Source: Candidatus Pacearchaeota archaeon
GTDB taxonomy: Archaea; Nanobdellota; Nanobdellia; Pacearchaeales; GW2011-AR1
Assembly (NCBI GenBank): GCA_018303825.1
Contig: JAGVXK010000007.1
Span: 823-64,822, forward strand
Length of the DNA: 64,000 bases
Direction: 5' to 3'
Below, in pieces: positions 1-9,341 of this stretch. Under the pieces are notes generated by a model. It had not been told where the DNA came from and made no database searches. It saw only the letters and a list, made by a program, of their open reading frames with translations. The position numbers were made by a program, and so were the translations under genes. How positions within the stretch are numbered: the stretch's first letter is position 1; every line of letters starts with the position of its first letter.

Positions 1-666
1 GCCTTTTTTTTCGGGTTTATTAATTAGGAAGTTATTATTAGTTAATGTTAAATCTTGGGTTGCTGTCTGAGACTTGATTAATTGCTCTTGCTGGTTTATT
101 TTTTCTCTTATCTCTTTTATTTCTTCCATTAATTGATTTTGAGTGTGAGATGTTTTTTCTTGGATTGGAAGCTGCCTCTGCTCTTTCTTTTGCGGTTTTT
201 TTGTTTTTGCAAGTTTTTCAAAGAGGTTATTGAATTCTGAGTCTGCGAGAAGAGAGTATTTCCAGAATAATTTCTCCTTTCCATCAAGCTGGACTTTTAA
301 TGGGATTGCAAAGTCTTTTATTGCTCTTAATGCAACTCTTGTTGCCGGATTTTGGGCATCATCTTCTAAAATCTTGAAAATTTTTAGTAAATTGAAGGCT
401 TCTTTTTCTCTTGCATTTAAATAGTCAACAAAATTTTCCAGCAGGGCTTCCTGACCGAGCATATAATATAGCGGAGATGAACCAACTTTCATGTTGCTTA
501 TTTTTATTTTTCCTTCAGCATATAATTCAGATAAAAAAGCTGAGGCAAATAATGGACTTAACTGGATTGTCTGAGCTAAATGAACAGGAAGGCTGGGCCC
601 TCTTGTAGAAATCATTGATAATATCTTCTCTTTATTCGAATTTGCTTTGTCTAAATCTATTGGCAT
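1..666 (-). CDS. Winged-helix DNA-binding protein with C-terminal coiled coil, partial (3' end beyond window edge); not in supplied ORF track
   Basis: Manual translation of minus strand from ATG at 666 gives MPIDLDKANSNKEKILSMISTRGPSLPVHLAQTIQLSPLFASAFLSELYAEGKIKISNMKVGSSPLYY... and stays open to position 1. It has a wHTH-like core; the supplied ORFs 230..424 and 411..608 on the + strand are antisense to it. Confidence 0.55.
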   Translation of the reverse strand, partial: MPIDLDKANSNKEKILSMISTRGPSLPVHLAQTIQLSPLFASAFLSELYAEGKIKISNMKVGSSPLYYMLGQEALLENFVDYLNAREKEAFNLLKIFKILEDDAQNPATRVALRAIKDFAIPLKVQLDGKEKLFWKYSLLADSEFNNLFEKLAKTKKPQKKEQRQLPIQEKTSHTQNQLMEEIKEIREKINQQEQLIKSQTATQDLTLTNNNFLINKPEKKG

Positions 667-724
667 GGGTTTAACAAATAGATAGAGATTTTAAATATTT
701 GTAATTATTATGGGATGAATCTTT

Positions 725-1096
725 TTACAAGATAATTATTTCAGAATGATTATCAAATATATCTTCTATTCTATCGCAATTTCTATCTTTTGCAAGTTTT
801 TTAGCTATCTCAATAGCCTTTTCATGGCAAAGGTCTTTAGCCAGTGATTTGTCAGAGGTAAAATCAAAAAAAGGGCTTCCAGATTTTTCCTGCATGAGTT
901 CCTGCCAAGTTCCTACTTTAAAATATCTCTTGCCACATTCTTCCATCCCAATAAGGTAAATTGTGTTTCTACCTAGGGCATCTTGGACTGGATTGTGATA
1001 AACTATTGCATGAGTAATTCTCTTTTCTTTTTCTGTGGCAGGCTCTCTTATTTCATACCTTTGTTCTCTTTCGTTCCAATGTATTTTCGGATGCAT
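725..1096 (-). CDS. Hypothetical protein
   Basis: 123-aa ORF with normal composition, tightly spaced with neighbours; no recognisable motif. Confidence 0.4.
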   Translation of the reverse strand: MHPKIHWNEREQRYEIREPATEKEKRITHAIVYHNPVQDALGRNTIYLIGMEECGKRYFKVGTWQELMQEKSGSPFFDFTSDKSLAKDLCHEKAIEIAKKLAKDRNCDRIEDIFDNHSEIIIL

Positions 1097-1272
1097 AAAA
1101 TAGCCTTTATATGCAGGGTTTTAAAGCTTGTGTTTATTTATTTCTTGACATAATATATAAAGAGTTCTGAGCAAAGTGTATCTAATTTATTATCAATGAT
1201 TCAATGAAGTTTAATAGGATGCTGTTTATGATAATATTGATTATGTAAAACAAGGAAGTAAAATTAAGACAA

Positions 1273-1785
1273 TCAAGGCTTTTGCCAGGAGACTTCGTAA
1301 TATGAGACATCAGATTCTTCATCTACAATAGCTATCAAGAGATTTTTGTTTGTTGAATGAGCAATTCTGTTTTTTGCGGCGAATTCATGCCAGTTTATTG
1401 AATCATGTTCTTTTGCAGTATAGAGAATCCATTTTGCATGAGCATTTCCCGGACGAGTGCCCTTGTCATAAACTCTGAATTCTGCCCCAAATTTTAGCGC
1501 CGTTTTGATAATATATCCTTTTTTTCTTAGATCTGAAAAGACTGAAAGCTTTGTTTCAGTTTTTTTGTCTATTTTTTTCAGCTTTTTTATTAATAATTCT
1601 TCATTGATTTGCTTTTTTCCGGAGAAAATCTGCATTTTTCCTTCTTGGACAAGAAAAAGCGCTTCGACTAATGCGTATTCTATTTTATTGTTCTTATTTT
1701 CTCCAAACGAGGATTTCTCACAGAGAGAAAATGCCTCCTCTGAAGTAGAGTATATTTTTGTTCCGGAGAACTTTGCCTGTATCAT
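1273..1785 (-). CDS. endA: tRNA-splicing endonuclease (short, ~170 aa form)
   Basis: C-terminal catalytic signature ...ALKFGAEFRVYDKG...HAKWIL... (conserved Tyr/His/Lys) and N-terminal YALVEALFLVQEG domain typical of archaeal EndA. Confidence 0.8.
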   Translation of the reverse strand: MIQAKFSGTKIYSTSEEAFSLCEKSSFGENKNNKIEYALVEALFLVQEGKMQIFSGKKQINEELLIKKLKKIDKKTETKLSVFSDLRKKGYIIKTALKFGAEFRVYDKGTRPGNAHAKWILYTAKEHDSINWHEFAAKNRIAHSTNKNLLIAIVDEESDVSYYEVSWQKP

Positions 1786-1877
1786 TAATAGCTAAACTCT
1801 CTAGCTTATTTAAAGATAATGTTTGAATGAGATGTCATCTTAAAATGTGATAAAACTTAGGATGCCGATGATAAACC

Positions 1878-1948
1878 ATGAAAGTTCGCTTAAGTTAATA
1901 TCATAAAATATTGACGATAAAATTAGCCATCACCCGTTTGCTTAACAG
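1878..1948 (+). repeat. Conserved ~70-nt intergenic element, copy 1 (second copy at 54185..54254)
   Basis: atgaaagttcgcttaagttaatatcataaaatattgacgataaaattagccatcacccgtttgcttaacag is ~90% identical to the stretch at 54185..54254. Both have an internal direct repeat GTTnGCTTAA at each end and a mini-ORF MKVRLS/N. Confidence 0.6.
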
Positions 1949-1994
1949 AAGATACAGGGTTAAGGTTTAAAAAACCACGAATATTAAGGGTGAG

Positions 1995-2354
1995 ATGGGA
2001 GATTACGGAGATTTCGAGGAAATGCAGGAGGGGCAACCAATAGTAGGAAATACTAGTCCTGAACAGGCTGGAGGGAGAGTTAGGCTGCCTAGGGGGGAGG
2101 AGAAGATAGGAGTTCTTGTCAGTAGGCTCGGGGCGAATAGAATGGAAGTAAGAACAATGGATGGAAAGACTATGAATTGCAGAGTTCCTGGAAGATTCAA
2201 GAGAAGCATGTGGCTTCGCCCAGGAGATATCGTATTAATAGAACCTTGGGAATTGGATAAAAGCAAGGCGGATGTTATATTCAAATATAATTCTAGTCAG
2301 ATAATACAATTGAAGAAAAGAGGGTTACTAACCGGGAAAGCCGGAGGGTTTTAA
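1995..2354 (+). CDS. eif1a: Translation initiation factor 1A (aIF-1A)
   Basis: RVRLPRGEEKIGVLVSRLGANRMEVRTMDGKTMNCRVPGRFKRSMWLRPGDIVLIEPWE matches the S1/OB-fold eIF1A signature. Confidence 0.85.
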   Translation: MGDYGDFEEMQEGQPIVGNTSPEQAGGRVRLPRGEEKIGVLVSRLGANRMEVRTMDGKTMNCRVPGRFKRSMWLRPGDIVLIEPWELDKSKADVIFKYNSSQIIQLKKRGLLTGKAGGF

Positions 2355-4850
2355 ATGAAGAAGATTGATGGGGCGATAAATATAGAAGAAAAGATTAATT
2401 TTTCCCAGATTGAAAAGAAGTGGCAGAAGAGATGGGAAGAGAAGAAAATCTTTGAAGTAAAAGAAAATAATAAAAAGAAAAAATATTATGTTCTCGAAAT
2501 GTTTCCTTATCCAAGTTCTTCTGGTTTGCATATGGGTCATGCGTTTAATTATACAATAGGAGACATACAAGCTAGATTCAGGAGAATGAGTGGGTTCAAT
2601 GTTCTTTATCCTATGGGTTACGATGCTTTTGGTCTCCCAGCAGAAAATGCCGCAATAAAAGCTGGTGAGCATCCATTGAAATATACAGAAAATGCCATGA
2701 AAAATTACATGAGGCAAATGAAAGAGCTCGGATTAAGTTATGATTGGAGCAAATTAATAATAACATGCTATCCGGAATATTATAAATGGAACCAATATTT
2801 CTTTTTGAAATTTTTTGAGAAAGGTTTGGTTTATAAAAAAAAGTCTGCTGTAAATTGGTGCCCTAAATGCCAGACAGTCCTTGCAAATGAGCAGGTGCAT
2901 GATGGAAAGTGCTGGAGACATGAGGATACGAATGTCGAAATCAGGCAATTAGAGCAGTGGTTCATTAGAACCACAAAATATGCTGATGAGCTTCTAAAAG
3001 ATATAGAAAAATTGGATTGGCCAGGCAGAATAAAAATAATGCAGGAGAACTGGATTGGAAAAAGTCATGGAACGGAAATAGATTTCGAGATAAATAAGGA
3101 AAAATGGAAAATATTCACGACAAGACCAGATACTATTTATGGAGTTACCTTCATGGTTGTGAGTGCGCAGCATCCAAGATTAATGGCATTAGTTACAAAA
3201 GAGAAGAAAAAGGATGTTGAGGAATTTTTAAGAAGATTAAGAGGTGTAAGCGAGAAAGAATTGGAAGAATTGGAAAAAGACGGCGTATTTACCGGAAGTT
3301 ATGCTATAAATCCATTAACAAAGGAAAAGGTTCCGGTTTATGCGGGAAATTTCGTTGTTGCGGATTATGGCTCTGGGATGGTAATGGCTGTTCCTGCTCA
3401 TGACCAGAGAGATTTCGAGTTTGCGAAAAAATATAAAATTCAGATTAAGATAGTTATTCATCCAGAAAAAGGTAGATTGGATAAACTCAATGGGGCGTTT
3501 ATTGAACCGGGAGTTTTAGTTAATTCTGAGAAGTTTAATGGGATAAAGAGCCAGGATGTAATAAGGGAAATAACTGAATATTTGACAGGTAGCAAACTTG
3601 GGAGGAAAGTTGTCAATTACAAGCTCAGGGATTGGCTTATATCAAGGCAGAGATATTGGGGGACACCAATACCAATAATTTATTGTGATAAATGCGGAGT
3701 TGTGCCTGTTCCGAAAAAAGATTTGCCTGTGAAATTGCCTGAAAAGATAAAATTCGGCAAGGGAAATCCTCTTGTTGCGAATAAAGAGTTTGTAAATGTG
3801 AAATGCCCCAAATGCAATGGAAAAGCCAAAAGGGAAACAGACACAATGGACACTTTTTTTGATAGCAGCTGGTATTATTTGAGATATTTTGACAACAAAA
3901 ATGATAAAATGCCTTTTGATGGGAAGAAGGCAGAATACTGGATGCCTGTTGACCAATATATTGGTGGTGCAGAGCATGCAACAATGCATTTGATATACGC
4001 TAGATTTTTTACAAAAGCATTAAGAGATTTAGGATTTTTAAAATTTGATGAGCCATTTAATAAATTATTCAATCAGGGGATGCTTCATGGTGCTGATGGG
4101 GAGAAAATGTCAAAGTCTAAGGGAAATGTTATTCTTCCAGAAGAGGTCAGCAATAAATATGGGATGGATACTGCAAGACTCTTTTTGATATCTATCGCAA
4201 GTCCTGACAAAGACATAGCCTGGAGCGACCATGGAATAGAAGGAAGCTTGAGGCTTGTCAAAAAAATAATTAGTTATTCAGGAAAAGCAAAATTCGGCAA
4301 AACAAACAAGAAAATTGAGCACAAATTGAATAAAGCAATAAAAGAAATCACGGAGGATATCCAGAATTACAGATATAATTTTGCAGTCATTAAAATAAGG
4401 GATTTGTTTGAAGCTATAGAGCAGGAAAGTGAAATTTCAAAGAATGATTTTGCATCATTTATCAAATTAATAAGCCCATTCTGCCCGCATATTGCAGAGG
4501 AATTATGGGAAAAGTTAGCAAATAAAGGATTTGTTTCTGTTGCAGATTGGCCAAAAGCAGATGAAAGCAAGGTTGATGTTAAATTGGAAGAGGCAGAGAA
4601 AAATGTGGAAAAAATAATAGGAGATATTAATAATGTACTTAGGATAATTAAGGAAAAGCAAGGCAAGGAAGGAAGTAAGATATATCTTTATGTTATTCCT
4701 GTTGAATATGGGAATTATAACGTTGAATTATTATCTAAGAAGATGAATAAAGAAGTTAAGATGTTTAAGGTTAATGATTCCAAGAAATACGACCCTGAAA
4801 ATAAGTCAGGAAAAGCCAAGCCCGGCAAGCCAGGGATATATGTTGAATGA
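2355..4850 (+). CDS. leuS: Leucyl-tRNA synthetase (archaeal/eukaryal-type class I)
   Basis: HIGH-region HMGHAFNYTIGD, KMSKSKGN motif, CP1 editing insert, WLISRQRYWGTPIP; 831 aa. Confidence 0.85.
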   Translation: MKKIDGAINIEEKINFSQIEKKWQKRWEEKKIFEVKENNKKKKYYVLEMFPYPSSSGLHMGHAFNYTIGDIQARFRRMSGFNVLYPMGYDAFGLPAENAAIKAGEHPLKYTENAMKNYMRQMKELGLSYDWSKLIITCYPEYYKWNQYFFLKFFEKGLVYKKKSAVNWCPKCQTVLANEQVHDGKCWRHEDTNVEIRQLEQWFIRTTKYADELLKDIEKLDWPGRIKIMQENWIGKSHGTEIDFEINKEKWKIFTTRPDTIYGVTFMVVSAQHPRLMALVTKEKKKDVEEFLRRLRGVSEKELEELEKDGVFTGSYAINPLTKEKVPVYAGNFVVADYGSGMVMAVPAHDQRDFEFAKKYKIQIKIVIHPEKGRLDKLNGAFIEPGVLVNSEKFNGIKSQDVIREITEYLTGSKLGRKVVNYKLRDWLISRQRYWGTPIPIIYCDKCGVVPVPKKDLPVKLPEKIKFGKGNPLVANKEFVNVKCPKCNGKAKRETDTMDTFFDSSWYYLRYFDNKNDKMPFDGKKAEYWMPVDQYIGGAEHATMHLIYARFFTKALRDLGFLKFDEPFNKLFNQGMLHGADGEKMSKSKGNVILPEEVSNKYGMDTARLFLISIASPDKDIAWSDHGIEGSLRLVKKIISYSGKAKFGKTNKKIEHKLNKAIKEITEDIQNYRYNFAVIKIRDLFEAIEQESEISKNDFASFIKLISPFCPHIAEELWEKLANKGFVSVADWPKADESKVDVKLEEAEKNVEKIIGDINNVLRIIKEKQGKEGSKIYLYVIPVEYGNYNVELLSKKMNKEVKMFKVNDSKKYDPENKSGKAKPGKPGIYVE

Positions 4851-4856
4851 TGTTTC

Positions 4857-5426
4857 TCAATAGCTCAAAAAAGTGATTTCTGCCTGCGATACTTTCTCGT
4901 AGAATGATATTTCTTTTGACAATTCTCTTCCCGTGTAATATACATCCTCCAAACCTGTCCAGGCAGTAAACCATCCAGCTGGTTCAAGAAGGATTTCAAG
5001 AAACCTGATAAAGTAGTTTTGTATTGCTAAAGATGCAAGAAATGTGGCTATGGATATAAATACCACTCCTAGAAAAGCCATACCTATACCCTTGATTCTC
5101 AGCTTTCTTGAGTCATCATGTAAAAGTTTGTGATGCTTGGCAAAATGCTCTTTTAATCTTCTTTTGATTAGTGTTTCTTGTTGCAGGCTTCTTAATTGAT
5201 AGGGAACTAGTAATTTTAGCTGTATTTGCCCGTTTGGAAGGTCTCTGGTTGCTCTTTTCGCCTCATTTAAGAAGTCTATGGACAATGACCTCTGCGAGTA
5301 GGGTCTTGGGTCGAAGCTGGAAAATATATCGTTATAAGTGTCTAAGATTAATGAAACTTCAGACATCTGCAATAGCTTATACTTCTCCTCTTCTTCAATT
5401 TCTTTTTTTATTTCTTCAATTTTCAT
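4857..5426 (-). CDS. Hypothetical membrane protein
   Basis: 189 aa with a hydrophobic segment GIGMAFLGVVFISIATFLASLAI; no recognisable family. Confidence 0.4.
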   Translation of the reverse strand: MKIEEIKKEIEEEEKYKLLQMSEVSLILDTYNDIFSSFDPRPYSQRSLSIDFLNEAKRATRDLPNGQIQLKLLVPYQLRSLQQETLIKRRLKEHFAKHHKLLHDDSRKLRIKGIGMAFLGVVFISIATFLASLAIQNYFIRFLEILLEPAGWFTAWTGLEDVYYTGRELSKEISFYEKVSQAEITFLSY

Positions 5427-5444
5427 TTTGAAAACTTTCTCTTT

Positions 5445-5630
5445 TCAGCCGAATTTAACTATTTCCAAGATTATTTTTTTTTCATCCATTGACTTGACTT
5501 TCCATATTCTTTTTGCCCCGCTGGTTGCGATTAAGGTTAAAGTTTCAAATTTTATCTCTCCATCTATTGGGCCATTTATTTGATATTCTCCAACTTCAAG
5601 TATATTATCTTTTACAGCATCACTCTTCAT
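5445..5630 (-). CDS. Small hypothetical protein
   Basis: 61-aa ORF on the same strand and close to its neighbour; uncertain. Confidence 0.25.
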   Translation of the reverse strand: MKSDAVKDNILEVGEYQINGPIDGEIKFETLTLIATSGAKRIWKVKSMDEKKIILEIVKFG

Positions 5631-5918
5631 AGTTATTTTACGAAATTGGCATTTATAAGCTTGATTATTTTTAATTAAATTAGAGTTAAAACTGCATAAT
5701 AGTTAATTGAAATAATTTTTTAATAATGATAGATATGTTTATCCTCGGAAAGTTATAAAAATTTTTATGAGTTCTTTCTTTTTTTCTTTTTTTTTCACTG
5801 AAAAATAATTTTATTTCGAAAATAAAGGTTGTAATTCCAAAGTGAATCAGTATAAAAATATAATTGCATTGTAAAAATCATATTTAGTTTCATATTAGTA
5901 TATAAAGAAGGAAGGATT

Positions 5919-6167
5919 GTGAATAATATGGATCAGCAAATGGTAATTCCAAAGAGATGCATGGAGTGCGGAAATGTTTTCGATCTTAGTTATGACTTTG
6001 TCGAGGGAGAGGAACCAAGTTTTTTGAATAAAAGGGCAAAGGAGACTCCAAAAGAATTCTTGTGCTATTACTGCAGGGAAAAAGAAGACGGAGAGGAAGG
6101 AAAAAATGCCGAAGAAGAGAAAAAAGCCTGGTTAAATGACGATATTTTGAAAGAGGAAGAATATTAA
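5919..6167 (+). CDS. Zinc-ribbon protein with acidic C-terminal tail
   Basis: CMECG...CYYC (two CxxC pairs) followed by a Glu/Lys-rich tail. Confidence 0.45.
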   Translation: MNNMDQQMVIPKRCMECGNVFDLSYDFVEGEEPSFLNKRAKETPKEFLCYYCREKEDGEEGKNAEEEKKAWLNDDILKEEEY

Positions 6168-6380
6168 TTATCAATTATCTATAATATCATAATTCATCTA
6201 TAGTGAAAGACCTAAGTCTTTCCCTAAATAGTCAACGACAAACTGTGGAAATATTAATGTCCTTGACTATAATTTAAGGTATTTTCAATATAATGTTGGG
6301 TATAACTGATTTTATATTATTTTGTGACAATTTTTATGTATTTTTCTTATTATGATTAAGTTTATTAATGTCTTTTTTTA

Positions 6381-7169
6381 ATGATTTCGATGGAACAGTT
6401 TATTGCAAGTATTATTTTGGCGATTATACAAGGGATAAGTGAGTGGTTTCCAATATCCAGCTCAGGACATTTAGTGTTATTTTCCTGGCTTCTTGGCTTT
6501 AAAAATAGTGTTGCTTTTGATGTTACTTTGCATTTTGGAACATTGATGGCTGTTTTTGTTTATTTTGGAAGAGATATTGTAAATATTATTGAGGATATTT
6601 TAAAGGGTGATTGGAAATCTGAGAATTCGAGACTGGGTTTCTTATTGGTTATTGCCACTATCCCGGCAGCAGTTATAGGATTTATATTCAAAAAGATATT
6701 TGAGCAGAGCTTTGAAAGCTTATGGATAGTTGGAATTGGGTTTGCTATAACAGCTATCATTTTACTTATAGCAAGTTTAGATTTTAAGAGAAATGAAAAG
6801 AAAATGCCAAATCAGAAGGATGCCTGGCTTATTGGTCTTGCACAGGCATTTGCTATGTTTCCAGGAATATCGAGGTCCGGGAGCACGATTTCAACTGGAT
6901 TATTAAGAGGATTGGATGCGAAGAATGCTATGAAATTCTCATTTTTGATGACAATTCCAGCTATATTCGGGGCCAGCATCCTTGAATTGGGAACACAAAA
7001 ACTGCCTCCAAGTTTCATTATCCCAACAATTGTTTCTTTTGCTGTTGGAATGCTGACAATACATCTTTTATTGAAGATAGTTTCGGATTCAAGGAAGAAT
7101 TTAAGGTGGTTCGCCTTGTATGAAATAATAGTCGCTGTTTTGCTTCACAGTTATTTGATATTTAAATGA
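6381..7169 (+). CDS. uppP: Undecaprenyl-diphosphatase (BacA/UppP)
   Basis: Diagnostic EWFPISSSGHL motif, and FPGISRSGSTIS in the second conserved region; multi-pass membrane protein. Confidence 0.85.
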   Translation: MISMEQFIASIILAIIQGISEWFPISSSGHLVLFSWLLGFKNSVAFDVTLHFGTLMAVFVYFGRDIVNIIEDILKGDWKSENSRLGFLLVIATIPAAVIGFIFKKIFEQSFESLWIVGIGFAITAIILLIASLDFKRNEKKMPNQKDAWLIGLAQAFAMFPGISRSGSTISTGLLRGLDAKNAMKFSFLMTIPAIFGASILELGTQKLPPSFIIPTIVSFAVGMLTIHLLLKIVSDSRKNLRWFALYEIIVAVLLHSYLIFK

Positions 7170-7184
7170 TTAAATAGGAACTTA

Positions 7185-7502
7185 TTAGAATCTGATGTTT
7201 TTTGGATTCGTTATATTCAGCATTGCTTCTGGAGTCAAATCAATAGGAATATGAATTTCTGGAGTTCTTGAAGAACTATGGCTCACTCTATCTCTTATTG
7301 AAAATTTGAAGGAAGTATTATCATATTTAAGAGAATATCTATTATTTCCAAGAGTCTCTAATGTGGCATCTCCATCGTATTGGAAAAATATGCTGTTACA
7401 ACCTCTTGTCGAGAAAACTTGGAATGTTCCTGAGAGCTGCACATCTTCGCTTAACTCTCCTTCTAAGATATCGCAAAGGATTTTATAATCAATATCTCTC
7501 AT
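7185..7502 (-). CDS. Hypothetical protein
   Basis: 105-aa ORF with no motif. Confidence 0.3.
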   Translation of the reverse strand: MRDIDYKILCDILEGELSEDVQLSGTFQVFSTRGCNSIFFQYDGDATLETLGNNRYSLKYDNTSFKFSIRDRVSHSSSRTPEIHIPIDLTPEAMLNITNPKNIRF

Positions 7503-7607
7503 TTTAAGCGGTTAATTGGTTTATTTATAAGCATTATTGTCATTGTTAACTATATTTGAGAATTATAGCATCATAATAATTAATATAAACTTAAAATAAG
7601 TTTCTAG

Positions 7608-8786
7608 GTGATGGCTCATTGTAAAATATGCGGTGATTGGAACTGCAAGAAACATACGGTTTTGTTGGGGAAAGCTGTTGAGATAAAGGAATTTTCAGGA
7701 AGTTCTCCACCAGAGATATTTGTGGGAAGGTGGAACTATCCTAATGTTTATACTGGAATTCTTAGTCCGCAAGAGCATGGAGATACGGGTTTTATGTCAA
7801 ATCCTGAAGAATGGCATAAAAGGAAAATGCAGATTCCGGAAATTCTTGAACTGAGAAATAAACTGATTTATGGAAGAAAGCAGGGAAACATAAAAAGATT
7901 GAACGATAAGTTCTCAAATGTGATGAAAGAAGTTGCAATGACGCATAAAAGTGTTGCGACAGAATTCAAGTTAAAGAAGCCTATAAAGCAGCATGAAGAG
8001 CATGATGCTAAAACGCCTTTGATTGCTCACACGGGAGAAGTGGAGAAGGTAAGATTGCAGGAAAATCCTTCTATAAAACCAAGAGTTGATTATCTTGTTA
8101 ATGATGTCGATATGAAATCTGTTAATGCAATGATTGAATTGAACAAATCAGGAATAGAGACTTCAAATATTATCAAATTGCTTTCGGCAGGATTGTTAGG
8201 ATTGAGGAAAAACAGGAAACTTGTTCCAACAAAATGGGCTATAACTGCTACTGATGATGCATTATCAAAGGAAAAATTAGAAAGAATAAGATATTACTCC
8301 GAAATAAAGGAAATATCTGTCTTCAGTGCAGAATATCTCGGAAACCATTATGAATTTCTCTTGCTACCAGAGAAATGGAGTTTTGAAGTGATTGAAATAT
8401 CATTGAAAAATATTGGAGTATGGAAAGATTATGAGACTTTCTTTCCAAGGAAGAAGTATGCAGATTCTGTTACAGGCGCATATTATGTGAATAGGCTTGC
8501 TTTGTGCGAGTATTTTGATAAAATAAAGAGGCAAGGACAGTGTGTTGTTTTTAGGCAGGTAGGAGAGGAATATACTGCACCACTCGGGGTAGGAATACTC
8601 AGGCAAGTCAGCAGGGAGGCATTTTCAAGACAAGGACGAACATTTGGGACAATTAAGGAGGCATTGGATGACATACAAACAAGGTTAAAGATTCCTATCA
8701 GCAATTGGACTGATAAGTCATTTGTGTTAAAGAATTATGGGAAACAGAGAAAATTAACTAGTTTCTTTAGTCAATACCTTAATTAA
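7608..8786 (+). CDS. nreA: Nre-family protein (archaeal DNA-repair-associated, DUF650/DUF651-like)
   Basis: N-terminal Cys cluster CKICGDWNCKKH followed by FVGRWNYPNVYTGILSP, resembling the NreA N-terminus; recalled from memory, not searched. Confidence 0.45.
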   Translation: MMAHCKICGDWNCKKHTVLLGKAVEIKEFSGSSPPEIFVGRWNYPNVYTGILSPQEHGDTGFMSNPEEWHKRKMQIPEILELRNKLIYGRKQGNIKRLNDKFSNVMKEVAMTHKSVATEFKLKKPIKQHEEHDAKTPLIAHTGEVEKVRLQENPSIKPRVDYLVNDVDMKSVNAMIELNKSGIETSNIIKLLSAGLLGLRKNRKLVPTKWAITATDDALSKEKLERIRYYSEIKEISVFSAEYLGNHYEFLLLPEKWSFEVIEISLKNIGVWKDYETFFPRKKYADSVTGAYYVNRLALCEYFDKIKRQGQCVVFRQVGEEYTAPLGVGILRQVSREAFSRQGRTFGTIKEALDDIQTRLKIPISNWTDKSFVLKNYGKQRKLTSFFSQYLN

Positions 8787-8788
8787 TT

Positions 8789-9340
8789 TTATTTGGACTT
8801 ATCAAAATGTGCTTTTAATTTTTTAAAAGCCTGGGCGCGCATGCTTATTTTGTTCTTTTCTTCTTTTGGCATATCATTAAATGAAACATTATATCCTTCT
8901 GGCTGGAAAATTGGGTCCCAGCCGAATTTTGACTCTGATTTTGGGTAGACTATCTTTCCTTTTATTGAACCTTTAAAGAATTTTTCTTCCTTTCCATTAT
9001 AATATCCAATAACTGTTACCGCTTCTGCATTATTATCACCTTGCTTGGTTGTTAGTTCATATATTCCTCTGCATTCTAGGGATTTAAGAAACCATTTTAT
9101 TAATGGGCCGGGAAGCCTGTTCAATCCTTTAATGTATAATGACGTGTCTTCTACGATAAATTGACCTTTTTTTCTTTTTATAGCTTCTTTTAACTTCTCT
9201 TCTATTATCTTTTTTGGGTCTAATTCCTGTATTTCTGGAATGTCCAAATCAAGTTGTTCCAATTCAGGAATAATTGCTTTTGCTTCAAGGAATTTGTTTT
9301 TGTTTTCCGTTATGAAGTATATTTCTTTCATCAGAATCAA
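8789..9340 (-). CDS. Non-canonical purine NTP pyrophosphatase (HAM1/RdgB/ITPase)
   Basis: FGWDPIFQPEGYNVSFNDMPKEEKNKISMRAQAF matches the ITPase C-terminal signature; EDTSLYIKGLNRLPGPLIKWF region. Confidence 0.8.
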   Translation of the reverse strand: MILMKEIYFITENKNKFLEAKAIIPELEQLDLDIPEIQELDPKKIIEEKLKEAIKRKKGQFIVEDTSLYIKGLNRLPGPLIKWFLKSLECRGIYELTTKQGDNNAEAVTVIGYYNGKEEKFFKGSIKGKIVYPKSESKFGWDPIFQPEGYNVSFNDMPKEEKNKISMRAQAFKKLKAHFDKSK

Positions 9341-9341
9341 C

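Noticed and set aside
1863-1950. The 70-nt duplicated element as a C/D-box sRNA
   Set aside because: GATGATA or GGTGATA near the 5' side resembles a C box, but no consistent RUGAUGA...CUGA box set could be placed in both copies, so the sRNA class is left open.
2003-4072. Multiple antisense ORFs inside leuS/eif1a (2003..2284, 2328..2717, 3637..3989, 3875..4072, 4367..4666)
   Set aside because: These are shadow ORFs opposite strongly supported genes and have low-complexity or hydrophobic composition. The same applies to other antisense ORFs in the track, for example those within the giant surface-protein gene, gatE, ftsZ, mnmA, 9349..9927 opposite tbp, and 59869..60591 opposite the KH gene.
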